A DNA stretch of 64,000 nt from Veleropilina oligotropha (taxonomy: Eukaryota): the NCBI GenBank assembly GCA_048128005.1, contig JBEUKZ010000010.1:930001-994000 (forward strand), read 5' to 3'. Below are positions 38,243 through 48,905 of the stretch, piece by piece. Both the position numbers and the translations under genes were made by a program. Position 1 is the first letter of the stretch. Each line of letters opens with the position of its first letter. A model generated the notes under the pieces. That model worked only from the letters and a program-made list of their open reading frames with translations, had not been told where the DNA came from and did no database searches.

Positions 38243-39880
38243 TCAGTTTTTGTTGACACATGTGAGACTGGAGTGACACCGGCTGTTGCATTTTACACTG
38301 ATCTTGAAACACTTGCATCGATTTGTCTTGCACTGTTTGCCACTGACCACACAGTTACATTTAGCATATCACTGGCCACCACACCGGGATTCTTGCTGCA
38401 CTGCCCGACGGAGGCCAACCTCTTGGTCTTGACACTTGTCATCTACACTGTACAGCGGCTGCGTGCACAAATCAAATTGGTTTCTGCTGTAGCGTCCTTT
38501 GAGGATTCCTGCACGAACTGCTACTCTATACAAGTCATTCTCGTCTCTATCTAATATGACACCCATAATGTTACGTGGATCCCCTTTGCCACGATCGACA
38601 AGGGGAATGGGGACGATCACATTGTCACCGGGATTACCAGGAGTATGCTCCAGGCGACTGCGCTTCACCATACGTTCTGCTTGTGCAATCTGACCATCTG
38701 CTGCTCTTTTTCGCTGAGCTTGAATGCTTAGTTGAATCGTTATGGCGGATTCACTTGTCTGAAGCGGCTCTGGAATTTCACTTGGTTGTTCATGTGGTGT
38801 GTCATTCGCGCTTCCCTGCTGAGGTGGCGTAGTGATTTCACTTGACTGGTTTGGAGAGTATGCTGCAATTAGATCGTCTTCAGACACCATTCTCTCAAGA
38901 ACTTCTGTTGGGAGGGAATTTGAGCGCAGTCCAACTTTGGCCTCAGCACCAAACAAAGCCTTATTAGGTGATTGTTTAATGCCCGAATGATAACTAGAGT
39001 TTTTTTGGAACTGCACAAAGCGAAGACCCATAGGCCAATCTGTAGAATCATTGTCACCTAGCCAAGCGGTGAGCATGTCTTTAATATCGCAATTTAGCCT
39101 TTCCACCGAGCCTTGACTTTGAGGGTGTCTGGGTTTGCCATGCACCAACAGAAGGTCAGGCCATAGTAGCTTAAGCTCTGTGATGACGGATGCTGTGAAT
39201 TCGCTTCCGTTGTCGCTCTGTAAGATCTGAGGAGCGCCTAGGAGCAAGAATATGTCCATCAGTTGATAACCAACTTCCGCAGCACGTTTAGATGTCAGTG
39301 GTCGCAATACACAAAACTTAGTTAGATGGTCCTGATACACCATTATCCACTTATACTGTCCCTTTGCCATTGACTGCATGTCTACCAAGTCAACCTGCCC
39401 CCTAGATCCAAAGTCCTTGGTTAGAATGGGTTTCACAACTACGCCTTTGGTGGTGATGCGCTTACGCTTTTTTTGGCATTCGATGCAGAGTGATTTGTAC
39501 AGTATGACTACCTCGCAAGTGATATTTGCATATTTTGTCATTGCTTTCATCATTTTATCCCGACCACCATGTCCAGTTGAAACATGCGCTCTCCTAAGAA
39601 TGTCAAACATGTCATCGATATGCGCAAAGTATATGGGTTCCTGAGCAATGTCAACGTCACTGCGTTTTCGAATTAGTTTTTCTACATCACCACACTGAAG
39701 AATTTCAAAACGCCCAAGGATGTAATACTGACGGCCGGATTTCGTCTTAGCTGAACACGCTTCTTTGAGTTCTTCCAGTAGAGATAAGTATTCTTCTTTA
39801 GTCAACAATACAGACTTGTTATCAGACTCTCTCTTCTTCAGCAACTGCTCGCGAAAGGAAGCTTCCATGGAACTAGCCAT
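38243..39880 (-). pseudogene. Retroviral-integrase-like DDE transposase with one in-frame TGA at 38369-38371
   Basis: 503-aa ORF with HHCC finger (HVSTGHGG...CIEC) and DDE core (QVDLVDM / LQSDNGSEF / SQGSVERLN). After the TGA the same frame continues 41 codons as YAKCNCVVSGKQCKTNRCKCFKISVKCNSRCHSSLTCVNKN*, the Cys-rich tail expected in KRBA2-like integrases. Confidence 0.88.
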
Positions 39881-40342
39881 TGCCAGAGCAATGTCATAAT
39901 ATTAATATTATCGAGTTCCTTTTATAGGTTACCAACTATTGTAAACAATTAGCTTCTAATCAGTTTGTTGTTTTGTTGAAATGTTCAAATTTGTCAGCTT
40001 ACTTCGGTGTATTGTTTGATTAATTTGATTAATTAGCTATTTTATGTACATTGTTGTTTAATATATGACATCTGACATATTCAAAAAGCAAAGCTAATTG
40101 ATGAGGATGTAAGCTTTGTTAACCTGTTGTTGGTGTGCAGTGACTAATTAAATCGGTCAATTGACTAACAGTAACCGAGGCTTTTAATCAGTTTGATGTG
40201 AAAAAACAAGCACATAATGTGTGCAATAACCTGCGTCATAAGCAAAATTTCTACTGTGAAACATGTGTGATACATATAATACAGACCATGTTTCTGTATG
40301 ACTAGCCAGGGTACCCGTCTTCGACGGGTGAGTCTCCCCACA

Positions 40343-40800
40343 TTATATTATATTATATTTTATTTTATTTTATTTTATTTTATTTTATTTATTTTATTTT
40401 ATTTTATTTTATTTTATTTTATTTTATTTTATTTTATTTATTTTATTTTATTTTATTTTATTTTATTTTATTTTATTTTTATTTATTTTATTTTATTTTA
40501 TTTTATTTTATTTTATTTATTTATTTATTTATTTTATTTTATTTTATTTTATTTATTTTATTTTATTTTATTTTATTTATTTATTTTATTTTTATTTTAT
40601 TTTATTTTATTTTATATATTTTATTTTATTTTATTTTATTTTATTTTATTTTATTTTTATTTTATTTTATTTATTTTATTTTATTTTATTTTATTTTATT
40701 TTATTTTATTTTTATTTTTATTTTTATTATATTATATTATATTATATTATATTATATTATATTATATTATATTATATTATATTATATTATATTTTATTAT
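40343..40800. repeat. (TTTTA)n / (TTATA)n microsatellite
   Basis: Directly visible pentanucleotide runs. These account for the low-complexity ORF 40298-40804. Confidence 0.97.
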
Positions 40801-41277
40801 ATAAATGGTGCTGTTATTCGTTAAATAATGGCAAAAATATAATCGGTAATTCACTGATATATATTTTCACTCACGTGAGTGAAAATATTTTCCATATTTC
40901 ACTCTCGTGAGTGAAAATATCAAAAACGCGTCATAAATTGACGTAATAAAAACGTTGCCCATGGCGACGTCGTCTATGGCGACGTTATGATGGCGAACTA
41001 CATTTCAACATTTCAATGTCAACAGCGCACGCGTTCGTTCTTCCACAAAAAAGCATGGCTATACAATGGTAACATTATTTAATTGATAACTAACCCATTT
41101 ATATAATAAATAGAGCATTCAATGTTATGTCAGAAATATTAAATATATTTTGTTTCGTGAACTATATCCTAGCCGATTCACTCAAGGCCTCCGGCCTTTC
41201 GTGAATCCGCTAGGATATATTTCACTCGACAAAATATATTTAATATTTCTGACATACCATCAAATACCCTCTATATA
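40793..41277 (+). mobile_element. Hairpin-ended non-autonomous element (Crypton-like architecture) inserted in the microsatellite
   Basis: 16-bp inverted pair 40793-40808 / 41095-41110, then a long palindrome 41126-41256, ending in ctctatatat. The (TATTA)n run resumes after it. Confidence 0.6.
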
Positions 41278-42564
41278 TTATATTATATTATATTATATTG
41301 ACGTCATTACGATGACGCTCGTTTGGGAGCCTATAGGGAACACACACACAAACTCTCCACGATTATAGTATAGATTTCATAGAATTCACAAATTGGTTTT
41401 CAAGAGTTACGCCCCTTTGACAGACTTAGTTAACTATAATGAAGTTGATTAATTATAATTTAATAAAGTATGCAAAATATTAAAATGTTTAACTGTTATA
41501 CCTCTTTTACTACTGTGAAACATGTGTGATACGTATAATACAGACCACGTTTCTGTATGATTTAATATTTATTCATCAAAGAGGCTGTCATGGTAATTTC
41601 CTATTCTGTTAGGCAGCATCTCTCAATTCATATATCAAGTGGTCATGCAATTTTTTCAAATTGGCTTGTTGTCGAAGTCGCCTAAAAGGTGGAAGATCTG
41701 GTTGAAATCATTTCAAAATTGTCTTCCCCCCAAGAACAACAACAACTTACATGTACCATTCATTGACCCTGCTAGACGCAGGTAAAAACTAATTGATCAA
41801 AAGTTAATCTGTTGTTAGTGTACAGTGACTAATAAAAGCTGCCAATTGACTGATAGATGATTCATTATTTCAAATAATTGCTTATTTAATTTCAGTAAAT
41901 GTGTCGAGAAATCAGCATTACTTTTCAGTAAATGTGTAGATTTCCTGGAAATTTCAGTAAATCTGTACATTTACTGAGTGAATCAGTAAATGTACAGATG
42001 TACTGAAATTTTCAGGAAATCTACAGATTTACTGATTTTAGACATTTACTGTAACATATATAACTTTCGCGACACAATATTGCAAAAATATGCAATTATT
42101 AGGCACTTTTATGCATATAATAATTATATGCTATATAACGTAGTATGGCAAATATTTCTAGTAAATAGCAATGACGTCATTACGACGTCGCTTTAGGTTA
42201 AGCGTCATTGGTGACGTCACAATCGACGGTAAAGTCATGAAGTAAGCTTCGCCATTGTAATGTTATAATTAACTGTTCTGAAAATTTGACGGAAATAAAG
42301 AAAGGTCAAGACATTCTTGTTATAAATATTCGTCACTTGCGCATGCACTTCATCATCTGCATATTCATACGCCTGCAGATTAAAAGAGGAAGAAGGGTAT
42401 TTAACCTAACGTTAATTTTACCTGACGCGACGAAAAACCAATTGTGTTGAGCATGACAAACTGCATGGCTCTGTCTCCACCTGCCTAGATTGCAGATGCA
42501 AAACAAATATTGTTCATGACAATCTAATATAAAAATTTCATATTTATGACAAAGCAATCAATAC

Positions 42565-42698
42565 CTTTTGTCAACTTCAATCCATTGGTCTCCATCTTGA
42601 CGAAACAATGTAATGGGCACCCCCGCAGCGGGTAAGCCTCTGGTCGTGTCCAGAATGTGGGTGGTGAGAGGGATGCGCTCTGGGGTGGTCATTGCAGC
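42565..42698 (-). CDS. urah: 5-hydroxyisourate hydrolase (transthyretin-like), first identifiable coding exon (ATG at 42692)
   Basis: Minus strand reads ttttattagcag|GCT GCA ATG... = AAMTTPERIPLTTHILDTTRGLPAAGVPITLFRQDGDQWIEVDK + AG|gtatt (phase 2). PLTTHILD..RG.PAAGV is the HIUase N-terminal motif carrying the catalytic His. Confidence 0.93.
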
Positions 42699-43073
42699 CT
42701 GCTAATAAAACATTCATTTGTAGGCATTATACTTTAAATTATCTGATATAGCTATAAAATTAATCTTTAAAATTTAGTTACAGTTAGGAACCGAGTGCGC
42801 AGCGCAGAATGCCGCCGCCTTGAATATATTACATAATTATTAAGTGGACCCTCAGACTAGGGAACACTCGGACTAGTGGACCGTCGTTATTTCGTACTAG
42901 TCGAACCAAAGATGAGTGTCAGATTATGTCATCAAGCTGGATACAAAATTCAACATTTTCGAAAATGATATCATCATCATAGCTAAATCTAGTCCCACTC
43001 ACACTGCTGGGATGCATGGTTTTAAATTCTGACTTAATGTGCAATTCTGACTTAATGTCGCCTGTCAATCATA

Positions 43074-43757
43074 AGCCCCGTTTACACTTCCAAACCGATT
43101 TAAAATAATCCGGCTTAATTTGGGTTTTCACGCAATTACAGATTATTTCTGTGGGTATTATCACCGTGTAATCGTAGGTCGGCGCAACAGGTCCAAGTCA
43201 CGTGGGCATCGATAAAAGCATGTGCATACATACGACTCAATACGACGACATACGACAATATTGTAGTGTATATAAACTGATCACTTATTCATTGGAAACA
43301 CACATGATTTATATATAGTGTAACGACTTAGTAACTATAGCCCTTCTAAAATCGTGCATGTTTTTGTAAATTGCTATTGTTATATGTGTCCGTACTTTCA
43401 AATAACTCCATGCTAAAACCTTTGTAGCGATAAGAAATGCTGCAATATGTCTGTTTTGTATATAATATTATGTCTTCTATGTATACTATTTTATGGCGAG
43501 AGGCAAGTATTGCCTATATGCCGGAAATAAACTACTACTACTACTCAAAGCGAGGTTAACAGGTTCAAATCACTTGAGCGTTGACACTACAAAATGAGTC
43601 GGATTAAAATATTTAAGCCCGTTTCAAATCACACCAGGAGGTGGATCATTTTAAGCCGGTGCACGTCGACTCACTTGCGTTAACACACGCCAAATATAAT
43701 GCGCATTAAAATAAACCGTTTTCCATCAAACTTATATTTGGTAGTGTGAACGGGCCT
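43074..43757. mobile_element. PIF/Harbinger-type MITE
   Basis: ATA|AGCCCCGTTTACACT ... AGTGTGAACGGGCCT|ATA: imperfect 15-bp TIR with a 3-bp flank duplication. Confidence 0.6.
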
Positions 43758-43802
43758 ATATTGTTCTCAGTTGGAAAACCTTATGTAGGCGTTACTGAAA
43801 TG

Positions 43803-45255
43803 GTGACCAGTCAAAACGTCCACAGGTTAAAACGTCCACAGTCAAAACGTCCACAGGCTAAAACGTCCACAGTCAAAACGTCCACAGGCCATAGTCAAAA
43901 CGTCCAATATAAGCGTAATCGCCGTATAATTATCATTAATAGGAGGAAACATGAAGAAAAAAACTCCTACACGGAAAATTAATTTTGTTTAAACCAAATG
44001 CTTTTTTTAATTTCAGGATATTTGTTGTCGCATTATCAAGTTCGTATGAAGTTATTCCAAAAGTTACCGTATAATGAATACACAAAACACAAGTAGGCCT
44101 AGATAGTTGTACTTGCCTGATATTAAGTAAACTAATTTTTATATTTAAAATATATCTTGCTGTGGGACTCGTATATTGCCGGTGAAAAGACCCCGAAGCA
44201 GCTACTCAGGCGTTGCGCTCACCTTGCTGGCCCAAATGAAGACGCATGTTAAATTGATTTTCATATTCTGTATATATTAGGTCTATATGATTTAATTTAT
44301 TATTTTGCATTGAATGCATCTGTATGAAATTTATTGTGTTATGCTATTCATTAAATTATCGTTTTTAGTATATTTGTGTAAGTGTTCTTCACTGGAGAGG
44401 GAGAGTTAGTTAGTTTTACGACTACATTTAACACTCGTTTTTGAGTCATATCATAGTCGGGACCCCCGGTTTAACGTCTATATCGGAACGGGCGGTTTTG
44501 TCTACGGTACCTAGTCAGGATTCGATAACGGTCACCCATCCAAATACTGATCGGGCACAACGTTGCTTAAATTCGGTGATCTGTGAGAACCGGTGCGTTC
44601 AACGCTGTTGGGCCGTAGCCGTTCTTCACTGGAGATTCTGTTCGCGACAATGACTGGTAATTCACTATTCACATCTATGCCAACGAATAATCGTAATACG
44701 GGTAATAGTCATATTTTATTTCTCAACATTACAAATAATTTCAATATTCACATTTGGTATGTGTATATTTATCTGCACAGTTGTTGGGCAATATGTCTAC
44801 TCTCGGGACATCTCTTTCTTTGTCGGTAGTGATAAAATTCTCCTGGAAATATAAGTAAAATATTTCATATAATAAGGTAGGTAAAGGATTATCCTTTTGT
44901 TAGTTTACTATATGCATAAATATGATATAGTAACAATGATAAGAGAGGGATTTGGATTTGAACCGAATTGATTGCATCGCATGCCGACATAAAACTGAGT
45001 TACGACTAGGCTATTTTATCAGCATTGACATTTATTATCATTTCTATTTGTTATTCACAAACTAGCAATTATAAAACACCATTTATTAGAGGACGTTTAG
45101 TCATGATTTTGACATGTGGACGTTTTAACAAGGCTATGTGGACGTTTTAACCTGCATGGCCTGTGGACGTTTTAACCTGGTCTGTGGACGTTTTGACTTG
45201 GACTGTGGACGTTCTGACCTGTGGACGTTTTGACCTGTGGACGTTATAACCTGAA
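43803..45255. mobile_element. Foldback-type element with modular subterminal repeats (host of the SINE3)
   Basis: About six GTCAAAACGTCCACAG-like motifs at 43809-43906 and about eight inverted TGTGGACGTTTT(G/A)AC motifs at 45090-45252. Confidence 0.7.
44399..44620 (-). mobile_element. 5S rRNA-derived SINE (SINE3-type)
   Basis: Minus strand 44620-44529 reads GGCTACGGCCCAACAGCGTTGAACGCACCGGTTCTCACAGATCACCGAATTTAAGCAACGTTGTGCCCGATCAGTATTTGGATGGGTGACCG, matching the first ~90 nt of animal 5S rRNA. A non-5S body and (AACT)n tail follow. Perfect 15-bp TSD GTTCTTCACTGGAGA at 44384-44398 and 44621-44635. Confidence 0.88.
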
Positions 45256-45639
45256 ATTTGTCGTCTATCATTTTGAATACATCATGGTATAAATAACAAC
45301 AGTACAGCTGTTATGAGCCACGTCAGGAGTTTGTTTAGTAAGTTTATCATTGTCGAAGCAAGATATGTATACGTTATCGAGCAACGTCTTGGTAAACACG
45401 GTGAACTGAATACCTTATTACGTTAAACAACCCGGCTAGTGCCTCGTTATCTGTTGACGTAATCTGCAATGGACCATAACATCTATCCCGCAGATGGATG
45501 GGATGCGTGCGCCGATTAGTCGAAATGGGTTGATTCAGATGCTAGATAATATGATAAGTTGTTTAAATTTTTCAATTGATTTTGCATTTACTACGTGGGT
45601 GGGAAGACTTAAATAGAATTTGTTTGGGTTTAGAAAGTG

Positions 45640-46645
45640 CATTTCTGCAACTCATATAAAAACCCATTTTGGTAGCTCGGTCATCTATAGCCTTCCCTGT
45701 CTCTTAAAGTGCTCATCCAAACGATTTTTAAATTGATTTACTGATGTGGACTCCACCACCTTGACAGGAAGGGCATTCCACTCATCTACAACTCGGTTTG
45801 AGAAAAAGTATTTTCTAACATCTAGCCTGACCCTCTTTTTGTAAATCTGGAACTTATGCCCCCTTGTTTTATTATGGTTCAACTGGAAAAAATAACTAAT
45901 ATCAAGATTGTCTTTTCCTGTAAACATTTTAAATACTTGAATCATGTCACCTCTTATCCTACGCAACGTTAATGTTGTAAGATCAAGGCTTCTGAGCCTA
46001 TCCTCATATGTCAACTCTCTGATTTCACCTACCAATTTTGTGGCTCTCCTTTGTACTTGTTCCAATAGTTGGATATCCTTTAAGAGGTATGGATTCCATG
46101 CTTGCACCGCATATTCTAAATGTGGTCTAACCAGTTGCTTGTATAAACGTGTTATGATGCCTTTTGACTTAAAAGTAAAATTACGCTTTATCATTCCTAA
46201 TATTTGGTTACCCTTTTTAGCTGCTTCGATTTGATGGTTTCAGTGAATTATCAATCCATACACCCAAATCTTTCTCTTTTGTCACTACTTCTAGGTCATC
46301 TCCTCCCATTTTATAACAATATTTTTTGTTTTTGTGACCCACATGCATTACCTTACATTTGGTTGTATTGAAAAGCATTTGCCAGTCATCGGACCACTTA
46401 ACCAGATTATTTAGATCGGTCTGAAGTTTCCTTGCATCTTGTTCAGTTTCTATTATTCTGTAAAGTTTAGTGTCGTCAGCAAACTTTTTCACTAGAGATG
46501 TAATAGCGCCATCAATGTCATTCAAGTAGATTAGAAATAGCAATGGACCCAAGACCGAGCCTTGAGGGACTCCACTTAATACACTCTCCCATTTTGACTT
46601 AACCCCATTTACAACAACTCTCTGTTTTCTATTCTGTAACCACGT
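45640..46645 (-). mobile_element. CR1-type LINE, 5'-truncated, with a frameshift
   Basis: SGVPQGSVLGPLLFLIY, KFADDTKLY, EKDLGV, LVRPHLEYAVQAWNP, RRIRGDMI, TRGH and FFSNRVVDEWNALP. Confidence 0.9.
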
Positions 46646-46659
46646 TGCTCTATACTTTA

Positions 46660-48300
46660 TGCGTGTATCTAGGTCTTTTTGCAGTTGTACTGTGTCTGTG
46701 TCTTCAACAATTTCTCTATAGAGAACGCAGTCCGGGACGGACTGTTGTGCAAAGGCGTATTTGTCAATGTTGCCTCTGGGCTGGTACCATTGCAGCTTGG
46801 CGCAGTTGTTCCCCTTTGTTTGAGATCTATTTTCCTTTGGTATGGCTACCTTTCCTCTTAAGATACGAAATACCATCATTAGTCGTGCAGACATCAGTCG
46901 CTTTTCTTGTGAATCCCATTGCAGTGATGAAATCATGCTGGTTAAGCTACTGGTTTGATGGCAGTCATTACAGACATAACGGGCTGTAATACGATGTATC
47001 TGATTTATCTTCTTAACTTCCTTCTAATATGGGGTCCCATACCGATGCACAGTACTCCAAATTAGGTCATACCAGAGCCATGTAAGCTTTTCGCTTTATG
47101 CGTCGTATGGTGTTGCATCGTATGAAACCCAATTTTTGGTTTCCTTTCTTGACCATCGAATCAATGTGCTTGGACCATTCATAATCGTCGCTGTGGATTA
47201 TTCCTAAATAGTTGTGTATTTGAGTGTGACCTAATTTTGTGCCATGTAGAGATCGAGTAACTGCTAGTGATGGGTTTTCTGGTGGTGGAGAAGCGGAGGA
47301 CAAACCACTTGGTAGCGCTAAATTCCATTTGTCGTAGATTTGTCCATTTGTTGCGTGTATCTAGGTCTTTTTGCAGTTGTACTGTGTCTGTGTCTTCAAC
47401 AATTTCTCTATAGAGAACGCAGTCATTCGCAAAAAGCCGTACCTTAGATGTTATACTATCAGGCAGATCATTTATATACAGGAGGAAAAGAAGTGTCCCA
47501 TCACCGTTCCTTGTGGTACTCCTGATATTAATGGAACAGGGTTTGACTTTTCGCCTTCCAATGCCACGGACTGGGTCGTCATTGTCAAGAAAGATCGGAT
47601 CCATTTTAGCGTATTATTTCTAATGCCATATTGGTCCAACTTCTTCAGCAGTCTCTCATGTGGGACCTTGTCGAAAGCGTTGGTAAAATCCAAAACTATC
47701 ATGTCCACTTGCTTTCGTTTGGTAAATGAGTCAGCCAAGTTATGGGTAGTCAGCAGGAGTTGCGTTTCACAAGAGTGGTGTGATCGGAAACCATGTTGTA
47801 GCAGAGATAGGATACTATTGTTATCTATGTTTCATGATTTCAGAGGTGATTATATGTTCCAGAGTTTTGCAGATGATACAGGTCAGTGACACGGGGCGGT
47901 AGTTTTCAGCTCTGGTTTTGTCGCCTTATGTATGGGTACAATGTTTGCCGTTCTCCAATCCTGTGGTAGAGTACCAACTTAGAGGGACCGGGTAAATATG
48001 TGTGTTATAACCGCGCTTATATCTGATGCAAGTTCTTTTAATACCTTGCCAGGTATTTTGTTTGCGTTGAGATATAGTAGCAGTTTTTCTACACATTTCT
48101 GGGATGTTACACCGGGATATTTGGCATGTTTTTGTATTTCTGAGACGTAATAGTCACTTGTGAATAGTCAATACCCCTTGAAATTGATTTTCAGGGATGT
48201 TGGCTTTCTCCTTGTTGTCGGATCGCAGTATTAATCTTTGATCACGTAGCTGTTGTATACCTAAGGAGTCTTCCTTCAATATCTTCACATACCTATAGAA
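46660..48300 (-). mobile_element. Second, more decayed LINE RT remnant
   Basis: LDFTNAFDKVPHERLL, SGVPQGTV, YINDLPDSITSKVRLFANDCVLY and YLGIIH in broken frames. Confidence 0.82.
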
Positions 48301-48416
48301 TGCTCAACTGCATTCATTATTCAATGCACCGTGTTTACCGCAACGTCGCTCGACAACTTATATAACCTTATATTAATTTATTAGGCGAAATGCATACCAC
48401 AGGGGCCTGACTCGTT

Positions 48417-48905
48417 GTTACCTTCGCCCACGCAGTTGTGGGAGAAGGTATTGCAATCAGGTCGGTTTGTTTGTGTGTCTGTCTGTCCGTGAGCATATCT
48501 CAACAACCATTGATCCGATTTATATCATTTTTTCACACACGGTATGGCCCACCCTAAGGTCGGTCCTCTTCTAAGATGATCGAAAACGGAAAGCGGATCC
48601 GGATTTTATGATGCAATTTTCGGCTATATTTTAACGACCATTGAACCGATTTATCCACTTTTCTGACACAAGATAGGGTCTACACTAGGATCGTTCCTCC
48701 TCAAATATGATTGGAGTCGGAAATCGGATCGGATTTCCCGTTTCCGCTCTAACTCAACGACCATTGAACCAATTTACTTACTTTTTTAATCAAGATAGGG
48801 TTCAGTCTAATCTCGGTCCTCATTACAGATTATCGGAGTCGGAAAGAAGATCCGGAGTTTATGTCGCAATTTCCGGTTTGCGGATTTTCGGCTCTAGCGC
48901 TAGAA
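48417..48905 (-). mobile_element. HINE-like element, family B (terminal part)
   Basis: Terminal hairpin CCTTCGCCCAC..GTGGGAGAAGG, (GTCT)n tract and ~150-bp units. Reverse complement of 52036-52672 and of the right part of 57694-58205. Confidence 0.7.

Larger units (their letters stand above)
40302..41374 (-). mobile_element. Non-autonomous Helitron-type element nested in the Ginger2 element
   Basis: Minus strand starts TCTATACTATAATC (41374) and ends in a hairpin CCCGTC-GAA-GACGGG followed by CTAG (40302). It sits between A and T with no TSD. A paralogous segment at 41511-41563 reads uninterrupted across the same site. Confidence 0.8.
37944..42056 (-). mobile_element. Ginger2/TDD-type (KRBA2/SCAND3-like integrase) DNA transposon, near full length
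   Basis: Near-identical ~185-bp TIRs (37944 TGTTACAGTAAATG... / ...CATTTACTGTAACA 42056), TATA on both flanks (37940-37943, 42057-42060), and an internal integrase ORF. Confidence 0.9.

Noticed and set aside
38369..38371. TGA as selenocysteine or programmed readthrough in the integrase
   Set aside because: The position corresponds to Gly in the GGQG motif of related integrases as I recall them. A GGA>TGA substitution is simpler, and I identified no SECIS.
38369..39880. Host gene KRBA2/SCAND3
   Set aside because: There is no KRAB or SCAN domain. The ORF is intronless and bounded by TIRs and a TSD.
40298..40804. 168-aa hydrophobic FILFY ORF
   Set aside because: This is a translation of the (TTTTA)n microsatellite.
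42615..42645. CCCGCAGCGGG hairpin as a Helitron 3' end
   Set aside because: It lies within the urah coding exon (LPAAGVP).
44529..44620. Functional 5S rRNA gene
   Set aside because: It lacks the 3' ~28 nt, has substitutions, continues into a SINE body and is flanked by a TSD.
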